Source of the DNA: Alphaproteobacteria bacterium
Lineage (GTDB): Bacteria > Pseudomonadota > Alphaproteobacteria > JAWKYA01
Reading direction: 5' to 3'
DNA: 64,000 bases
Assembly: GCA_041396725.1 (NCBI GenBank)
Contig: JAWKYA010000005.1
Coordinates: 7,250 to 71,249, forward strand
Shown here: positions 57,984-64,000 of the stretch, in pieces
Layout of the letters: every line of letters begins with the position of its first letter
How positions within the stretch are numbered: the stretch's first letter is position 1
Program-made: the position numbers and the translations under genes
Notes under the pieces: generated by a model
Told to the model about the DNA's origin: nothing
The model's database searches: none
Seen by the model: only the letters and a program-made list of their open reading frames with translations

Positions 57984-58706
57984 TTATTCGCCGCGGAACT
58001 GCTCGACCATATCCGTAAGTCGTACAATATCAGGAATATAAAGGCTATTATCTCGGCGTAAAACGATAGATTTTCGGTTTAGATCACTCAAGACCCGGGC
58101 TACAGTTTCACGGGTAGTGCTCACTCTACTCGCGATATCACCATGGATAGGAATAGGATCGATAACAGCGGTATTATCTTTAAAGTTTGGCTTAGCAAGC
58201 CGTAAAAGCTCAGCATAAACACGGTTATTTGCGCCGAGTGTACTTAAATCCATAATCCGGCCTGTCGATGCTCGGATAATATAAGCTAAGCGTGTCATTA
58301 ATAAGAGTGGGATATCAGGTTGTTCGAGAAGAGTGCGGCGGAAAAGCTCTGGTGACATCATACCAACCACGACTTCTGTCAGTGCAACGACATTGGCAGA
58401 GCGTGGGGCGCCGTCAAGTGCGGCCAACTCACCAAAGACTTCACCTTCTTGAACGTCATCAAAGGTGACTTCACGACCAGACAAAGAGTAATTGACGATA
58501 CGCACAGTCCCGCGCGAGACAAAATAAACATCGCGGCTATTGTCCTGGCGATCGATAATTTGCTCGTTTGTACGATAGCGGCGCCAAGTACAACGTCTGT
58601 TCAATCCCTCGATGACGTCATCTGCGAGCTTTTGAAAAAGATTAATGCCACGCAGGGTGTTATACTCTCTCGTATCTGTCACTGGGATATCTCCCGTCAC
58701 TAACAA
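57984..58706 (-). CDS. Crp/Fnr-family transcriptional regulator
   Basis: 240 aa. cNMP-binding beta-roll (FGELAALDGAPRSANVVA) and a C-terminal HTH (IASRVSTTRETVARVLSDL). I see no Fnr-type N-terminal Cys cluster. Confidence 0.85.
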   Translation of the reverse strand: MLVTGDIPVTDTREYNTLRGINLFQKLADDVIEGLNRRCTWRRYRTNEQIIDRQDNSRDVYFVSRGTVRIVNYSLSGREVTFDDVQEGEVFGELAALDGAPRSANVVALTEVVVGMMSPELFRRTLLEQPDIPLLLMTRLAYIIRASTGRIMDLSTLGANNRVYAELLRLAKPNFKDNTAVIDPIPIHGDIASRVSTTRETVARVLSDLNRKSIVLRRDNSLYIPDIVRLTDMVEQFRGE

Positions 58707-58890
58707 TAAAGGCTGCCGCGTATAGTTATATCGTCTGCGGCTGTTGGGGAAGCCATTCCTGCAATTGCCAAAGGCTTTTTTTGGCGTTAACTAACAACCC
58801 TAGAAGACTTACTAAAATATAAATTTTTAAAGAATTGACACGCGCGGGACTAGTATTAGAGCTAATGCGTGAAATACTTGAGGGTATCTT

Positions 58891-59613
58891 ATGTCAACTG
58901 ATCCGCCGCAGCAACAATCTACATATCCGCCAACAACCAGGCCGAAAAAGGTTTTATCCAGGTTTCAGGCTTATTTTTTCACCGGGGTATTAGTAACTGC
59001 CCCAGCGGGTATCACCTTATGGCTTTCTTATCAATTTGTTGGCGCGGTCGATAAATTGGTTCTGCCTTTGATCCCGGATCGGTATAATCCAGGAACTTAC
59101 CTACCATTTGGTCTCCCAGGCCTCGGACTCCTTGTTACAGTTATTTTATTAACGCTTATTGGTGCATTAACAGCTAATTTTCTCGGAAGAACGCTTCTAA
59201 GGCTCGGCGAACGTATCCTCGGTCGCGTTCCGGTCATCCGTGGCCTATATGGGGCCTTAAAGCAAATATTTGAGACAGTCGTCAGTCAGAATGCTTCAGC
59301 ATTTCGGGAAGTTGCCTTGGTTGAGTACCCACGGGCGGGATGCTGGTCCATTGGGTTTGTATCAGGTACGACAACCGGGGAAATTGGCCATCTTATGGAC
59401 TCACCTGTTGTGAGTATTTTTGTTCCAACAACACCAAATCCTACATCAGGATTTTTGCTCATAGTGCCGCGATCAGAAATCATCCCATTGAGCATGACTG
59501 TGGAGGAGGGGGTCAAAATGATTGTCTCAGGAGGGCTTATTACACCAGCGGATCGTCGATCAGCTGCTCAGAAAGAACATAGCAAGGTGCGAAGGAACGA
59601 TAGCAATCGCTAG
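58891..59613 (+). CDS. DUF502-family membrane protein
   Basis: 240 aa. FFTGVLVTAPAGITLW..., RVPVIRGLYGALKQI, and FVPTTPNPTSGFLL. Confidence 0.8.
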   Translation: MSTDPPQQQSTYPPTTRPKKVLSRFQAYFFTGVLVTAPAGITLWLSYQFVGAVDKLVLPLIPDRYNPGTYLPFGLPGLGLLVTVILLTLIGALTANFLGRTLLRLGERILGRVPVIRGLYGALKQIFETVVSQNASAFREVALVEYPRAGCWSIGFVSGTTTGEIGHLMDSPVVSIFVPTTPNPTSGFLLIVPRSEIIPLSMTVEEGVKMIVSGGLITPADRRSAAQKEHSKVRRNDSNR

Positions 59614-59617
59614 AAGA

Positions 59618-61708
59618 TCAGCCCGACTTTAAAAAGCGTAACGCAGCATCGCGTTCAAATAGATAGAGCAATGGCCTTAAAATTTCCTTTCGCTGTTCTA
59701 TATCCACCGATTGCCCATGAACAATAAATTTAGCATCTTTTTGCGCCATAGCTAACAGGTCATTGTGCACGGAAAGGTCAGCTAGGCGGAAATCGGGTAT
59801 GCCGCTCTGGCGTGTGCCAAGAATTTCCCCACCACCACGCAAACGTAGATCCTCCTCGGCGATCCGGAATCCATCCTCTGTTTCGCGCATAATTTTTAGC
59901 CGCGCCCGTGCCATTGCGCCGGCCTTTGCATCATAAAGCAGAAGACATGTCGAAGATTTGTCGCTCCGCCCTATCCGACCTCGTAGCTGATGTAATTGGG
60001 CTAAACCAAATCTGTCGGCATGTTCGATAACCATGACGGTAGCTTCGGGAACATCTACGCCAACTTCGATAACTGTTGTTGCCACTAAAAGGGATAAGCC
60101 TCCACTTCGAAAAGCGGCCATGATGTTATCTTTTTTGGCGGGTTTCATGCGTCCATGAATAAGGCCAACCTTGTCTCCAAAAACCTCAGCTAGGCTACGA
60201 TAGCGATCTTCCGCTGCGGCTAAGTCTATGAGCTCAGATTCTTCGACCAACGGACAAACCCAATAAATTCTAGAGCCTGTGGAAAGTGTGCGCTGAAGTG
60301 CAGTAATCACTTCCTCCATGCGATTAAGTGGGATCGCGCGGGTTGTTATCGGCTTTCGGCCCAGAGGTTTCTCAGTTAACCGAGAAACCTCCATATCGCC
60401 GTAACTTGCTAATAGGAGGGTTCGAGGGATGGGTGTAGCCGTCATGACGAGTGTATGAATGTTTTCACCCTTATTGCGAAGGATAAGGCGCTGATGGACG
60501 CCAAATCGATGCTGCTCATCGATGATGGCCATACCTAAATCCTTGAAGGATACAGTCTCCTGTACAAGAGCATGAGTGCCAATAATGATATCGACCTCAC
60601 CTTTGGCCAATGCTGTAAGTATTCTATCCTTTGTTTTTCCTTTATCACGACTTGTTAAAACTTCGACCGAAACCCCTGCAGCTTTGGCAATGGGCGCTAT
60701 GGTTTTATAATGCTGTCGCGCCAAGATCTCTGTAGGAGCCATAAGAGCAGTCTGAACGCCGGCTTCAACGGCAGCGATCATGGTGATAGCTGCGACCGCG
60801 GTTTTACCACTTCCCACATCCCCTTGCAGAAGACGGAGCATACGGACACCATTGGCCATATCTGCCAATATCTCGGCAATTGCTTGTTCTTGAGACGATG
60901 TCAGTTTAAATGGCAAGGAAACGCGGGCCTTTTTCTGAAGATGGCCGGAACCGTTTATGATACGACTTGGCACTTTTACTCGATGGTTGCGGCTTAATTG
61001 TAAAGCGATCTGGCTAGCAAGAAGCTCATCATAGGCTAAACGTTGTCGCGCCTTTGTCATGGGCGAAAGATCTGCTTCAGATTGAGGTGCGTGTACAAAC
61101 TTTAGAGCTTCGGTCCAAGAAGGCCAGCCGTGCTGATGGACGAGTGTTTCATTAAGCCATTCTGCTGGGTGTGGAAGACAGGTGGTAAGTGCTTCACGGA
61201 TCGCGCGTAAGAGAACCTTTGAAGAAAGCCCTGTGGTTAAGGGATAAACCGGCTCAATCGTTTTTAGGTGATCAATTTCTTGTGGAGGCAAAATATAATC
61301 GGGATGTGATATCTGAGGGCGATCATTATAATATTCGACCTTACCGCTAATGGCCCGTTCTTCACCGATAGGCAGAGATTTCAGTAACCAATCTTTTTCT
61401 GCATGGAAGAAAGTAAGGGTTATTTCCCCACTATCGTTGACGCAAAGGACGCGATAGGGCTGGCGAGCCGTAGCTCCTGGCTTATGACTTATGACCTTCA
61501 CCAAAAATGTGGCTATTCTACCAGGAGGTGCTGTATTGATAGGGGGGGAGAAGCGACGATCTATGATGCCGCTCGGGATATGAAAAATCAAATCGACAAT
61601 TTTGGGCCCCGCAATTTTCTCTATGAGTTGCGCCAACTTTGGCCCAATTCCTTGGAGCTTGGTTGTTGGTGAGAAAAGTTTATTCAGGATTTCTGGTCGG
61701 ATGCTCAT
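59618..61708 (-). CDS. recG: ATP-dependent DNA helicase RecG
   Basis: 696 aa. Wedge/OB N-terminus; helicase motifs GDVGSGKT, DEQHRFG and QLHQLRGRIGR. Confidence 0.95.
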   Translation of the reverse strand: MSIRPEILNKLFSPTTKLQGIGPKLAQLIEKIAGPKIVDLIFHIPSGIIDRRFSPPINTAPPGRIATFLVKVISHKPGATARQPYRVLCVNDSGEITLTFFHAEKDWLLKSLPIGEERAISGKVEYYNDRPQISHPDYILPPQEIDHLKTIEPVYPLTTGLSSKVLLRAIREALTTCLPHPAEWLNETLVHQHGWPSWTEALKFVHAPQSEADLSPMTKARQRLAYDELLASQIALQLSRNHRVKVPSRIINGSGHLQKKARVSLPFKLTSSQEQAIAEILADMANGVRMLRLLQGDVGSGKTAVAAITMIAAVEAGVQTALMAPTEILARQHYKTIAPIAKAAGVSVEVLTSRDKGKTKDRILTALAKGEVDIIIGTHALVQETVSFKDLGMAIIDEQHRFGVHQRLILRNKGENIHTLVMTATPIPRTLLLASYGDMEVSRLTEKPLGRKPITTRAIPLNRMEEVITALQRTLSTGSRIYWVCPLVEESELIDLAAAEDRYRSLAEVFGDKVGLIHGRMKPAKKDNIMAAFRSGGLSLLVATTVIEVGVDVPEATVMVIEHADRFGLAQLHQLRGRIGRSDKSSTCLLLYDAKAGAMARARLKIMRETEDGFRIAEEDLRLRGGGEILGTRQSGIPDFRLADLSVHNDLLAMAQKDAKFIVHGQSVDIEQRKEILRPLLYLFERDAALRFLKSG

Positions 61709-61765
61709 CTATTCTTCTGCTTGGAAGTCACCGTGATTCTGCCTATATCATAAGGCAGGATCCTT

Positions 61766-62047
61766 ATGACAGAAGCTTCAATGACTGATCCCTATCAATT
61801 ACAGCGTAAGCGTTTGATCTTTCGAGCTAACCACCGAGGAACAAAAGAGGCAGATCTATTGCTCGGGCGGTTTGCTGAACGTTATGTACCTGAGTTTACT
61901 TCCGAGCAGTTACAGCAATTCGATCATCTTCTTACCCTAAGCGATCCTGATATATACGATTGGGTAACAGGGAAAAACCCTATTCCTTCTACACATAATA
62001 CGTCAGTCATGGCTCTTTTAGCGTCTTTTCGGCTTATAAATTTGTGA
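61766..62047 (+). CDS. sdhE: Succinate dehydrogenase flavinylation factor SdhE (SDHAF2 family, DUF339)
   Basis: 93 aa. RKRLIFRANHRGTKEADLLLGRF and DPDIYDWVTG. Confidence 0.85.
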   Translation: MTEASMTDPYQLQRKRLIFRANHRGTKEADLLLGRFAERYVPEFTSEQLQQFDHLLTLSDPDIYDWVTGKNPIPSTHNTSVMALLASFRLINL

Positions 62048-64000
62048 AAAAACTAAACTTACCCATAACTGAGCCTGGTCGTCAGACCCTGGGTGGGGTT
62101 CCTGAAGGATATGATGCTGCTATCATTGCCGAGATAGCAAGGGCAACTCCTCGTGGCCTTATCCATATTGCGCGCGATGATGCGCGCATGACGCGATTAG
62201 TTGAGGCATTAGCGTTTTTTGCACCTGAGCTTTCAGTTATTACGTTTCCTGCTTGGGATTGCCTCCCCTATGACCGTGTTTCTCCCAATGCAACAATAGT
62301 AGCGCGTCGCGTCGCAAGTTTAGCGCGGTTAACTCAAGGAAGGACAGGGACTGACCCTATAGTAGTCACTACTGTTGCAGCGATACTCCAACGCATTCCA
62401 CCCAAGGACATTATTGCTGCAGCAAATTTCTCGACTAGGGTTGGTCAAACGATTGACCTATCGAAATTGCAAAGCTTTCTTGAGAAGAATGGGTATCGTC
62501 GCACGGGTATAGTACGTGAACCTGGTGAGTACGCTCTGCGGGGTGGGATCGTTGATCTTTTTCCGGCAGGTGAAGAGGATCCATTACGTTTAGATTTATT
62601 TGGTGAAACTCTTGAGCGTATCCGATTATTTGACCCCCTAAGCCAACGCAGTGGGGACGAGCGTCAGGAGATTCGATTACTTCCAGTAAGTGAGTTATTT
62701 TTGAACGAAGAATCGATTCACAAATTTCGTGAAGGCTATCGCGGTTTGTTCGGTGCTATCCTTAAAGAGGACCCACTCTATGAGGCTATTAGTGCGGGGC
62801 AGCGCCATATAGGAATGGAGCACTGGTTACCGTTATTTTATGGCGGGCAATTAGCTACCTTGTTCGATTATTTACCTCAAGCATCTGTCAGTTTCGATTA
62901 CCAAGGTGAAGAAGCTCTAGTGGCGCGTATGGACTTAGTCCATGAGCATTATAATGCGCGGCGGATTCTATGGGAAGGGAAAGCAAGTGAGGGGAGCGGA
63001 TATAAGCCCTTACCACCTATTATGCTTTACCCAGAGAAAGACGAAGTAGATGGATGGTGGCGTGTACGGCCCTTATTTTCATTAACACCGTTTGATGGGG
63101 CAGCAGAAGTCAATGCCGAAGGTAAGGTAGGGCGAAATTTCGCTGATGCACGTTCCCGACCGGATCTCTCACTATTTGATTCTGTTATTGCTTATATCCA
63201 AAACGAGCAAGAATCTGGGCGCCGCACACTTATTGCTGCGTATAGTGCAGGGTCGCGTGATCGTCTGGCTAGTCTCATACGTGACCATGGTTTATCGAAT
63301 ATGCAGCAAGTGGAAACGTGGCGGGATTTAGAGGCGTTACCAGCAAAAACAGTAGGAACCGCAGTCTTAGGGATCGAGCATGGGTTCATAGCTCCCGATC
63401 TCACAGTCATAAGTGAAGAAGATATTTTTGGCGATCGCCTTATTGCCTCGGTTCGGCGGAAAAAGCGCGCCGATCGGATCATTGCCGAGGCAGGAAGTCT
63501 AACCGAAGGTGATCTGGTTGTTCATGAAGATCATGGCATCGGCCGCTATAATGGGCTGGAAACCCTCACGGTTGGTGGGGCCGCTCATGATTGTCTGCAA
63601 TTACTCTATGCAGGTGGCGATCGCCTCTATGTTCCAGTTGAGAATATTGACACTCTATCGCGCTTTGGCTCGGAAGATTCAGGTGCGCAATTGGATAAGC
63701 TTGGCCATAGTGGGTGGCAAGCGCGCAAAGCGAAAGTTAAGGAACGTATCAGAGAAATCGCTGGTGAATTGCTGAAGATAGCGGCAGAGCGTCAGTTACA
63801 ATCGGCCGATAGATTAAGCGCAGAAGAGGGGTTGTATGCAGAGTTCTGTGCAAGATTCCCCTTTCATGAAACGGACGATCAACAGCGTGCTATAGATGAT
63901 GTAACTACCGATTTATTCGCAGGAAGGCCTATGGATCGCCTTGTTTGTGGAGATGTTGGGTTTGGGAAGACGGAAGTTGCGCTACGTGCTGCCTTTATTG
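62044..64000 (+). CDS. mfd: Transcription-repair coupling factor Mfd (partial; continues beyond window end)
   Basis: Absent from the ORF track because no stop lies within the window. The GTG at 62044 overlaps the sdhE stop (GTGA). My translation gives VKKLNLPITEPGRQTLGGVPEGYDAAIIAEIA...FPAWDCLPYDRVSPNA... and, in the same frame at the window end, CGDVGFGKTEVALRAAFI (helicase motif I). Confidence 0.92.
   Translation, partial: MKKLNLPITEPGRQTLGGVPEGYDAAIIAEIARATPRGLIHIARDDARMTRLVEALAFFAPELSVITFPAWDCLPYDRVSPNATIVARRVASLARLTQGRTGTDPIVVTTVAAILQRIPPKDIIAAANFSTRVGQTIDLSKLQSFLEKNGYRRTGIVREPGEYALRGGIVDLFPAGEEDPLRLDLFGETLERIRLFDPLSQRSGDERQEIRLLPVSELFLNEESIHKFREGYRGLFGAILKEDPLYEAISAGQRHIGMEHWLPLFYGGQLATLFDYLPQASVSFDYQGEEALVARMDLVHEHYNARRILWEGKASEGSGYKPLPPIMLYPEKDEVDGWWRVRPLFSLTPFDGAAEVNAEGKVGRNFADARSRPDLSLFDSVIAYIQNEQESGRRTLIAAYSAGSRDRLASLIRDHGLSNMQQVETWRDLEALPAKTVGTAVLGIEHGFIAPDLTVISEEDIFGDRLIASVRRKKRADRIIAEAGSLTEGDLVVHEDHGIGRYNGLETLTVGGAAHDCLQLLYAGGDRLYVPVENIDTLSRFGSEDSGAQLDKLGHSGWQARKAKVKERIREIAGELLKIAAERQLQSADRLSAEEGLYAEFCARFPFHETDDQQRAIDDVTTDLFAGRPMDRLVCGDVGFGKTEVALRAAFI

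Noticed and set aside
1-64000. Scan for CRISPR arrays, IS/transposase, integrase, phage, toxin-antitoxin or known defence-system genes
   Set aside because: I saw no repeat-spacer periodicity, terminal inverted repeats or recognisable proteins of these classes on either strand. The window is dominated by core genes.

Overview
This window looks like an alphaproteobacterial chromosome segment. My hand counts give about 47-50% GC in core genes. I could not run any search, so all calls rest on my own reading of the sequence and the ORF track.

Most of the window is conserved housekeeping synteny:
- alaX-like, cysK-like
- tRNA-Asn, tRNA-Cys
- pcm-like, tolC, popZ-like, valS, ilvD
- xthA, erpA, argS, a SPOR protein, nagZ, scpA, scpB
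- an ABC ATPase, tatA, tatB, tatC, serS, surE, pcm, nlpD-like
- a DUF815 ATPase, yajC, secD, secF, an Mth938-like protein, sodB, a phytoene-synthase-like protein, trmFO
- uvrA, ssb, gyrA, coaD, tRNA-Lys
- lptF, recG, sdhE, mfd

I found no rRNA, CRISPR array, IS element, integrase or prophage gene.

Accessory or less usual content:
1. A Zur-headed, translationally coupled five-gene operon (Zur, ABC ATPase, FtsX-type permease, TlpA-like CxxC thioredoxin, DUF3299). Two related palindromic operators sit in its divergent promoter region.
2. A Sel1-repeat ORF that reads directly into a MipA/OmpV beta-barrel region whose frame is broken many times.
3. A redoxin-like/2OG-Fe(II) oxygenase fusion.
4. 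A periplasmic protein with six EF-hand loops.
5. An MsbA-like exporter followed by a putative sulfotransferase.
6. An AT-richer two-gene islet next to tRNA-Lys (FkbM methyltransferase plus PhyH-like oxygenase).
7. A same-strand envelope cluster: Crp/Fnr, TusA-like, PAP2 phosphatase, PagL-like deacylase, LptF.

A window-wide observation: six genes are frame-disrupted, including the normally essential valS and argS. The other four are the MipA region, pcm, the DUF815 ATPase and trmFO. Most breaks I resolved by eye can be repaired by adding a single nucleotide, usually lengthening a short homopolymer. A few junctions also allow, or seem to need, a 2-nt change. The breaks cluster in short patches. 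This points to deletion-biased assembly error rather than real gene decay, but only read-level data can settle it.

I see no clear evidence of a defence or mobile system. The Zur-linked ABC/thioredoxin/DUF3299 module and the TusA-PAP2-PagL cluster are the best candidates for under-described biology.
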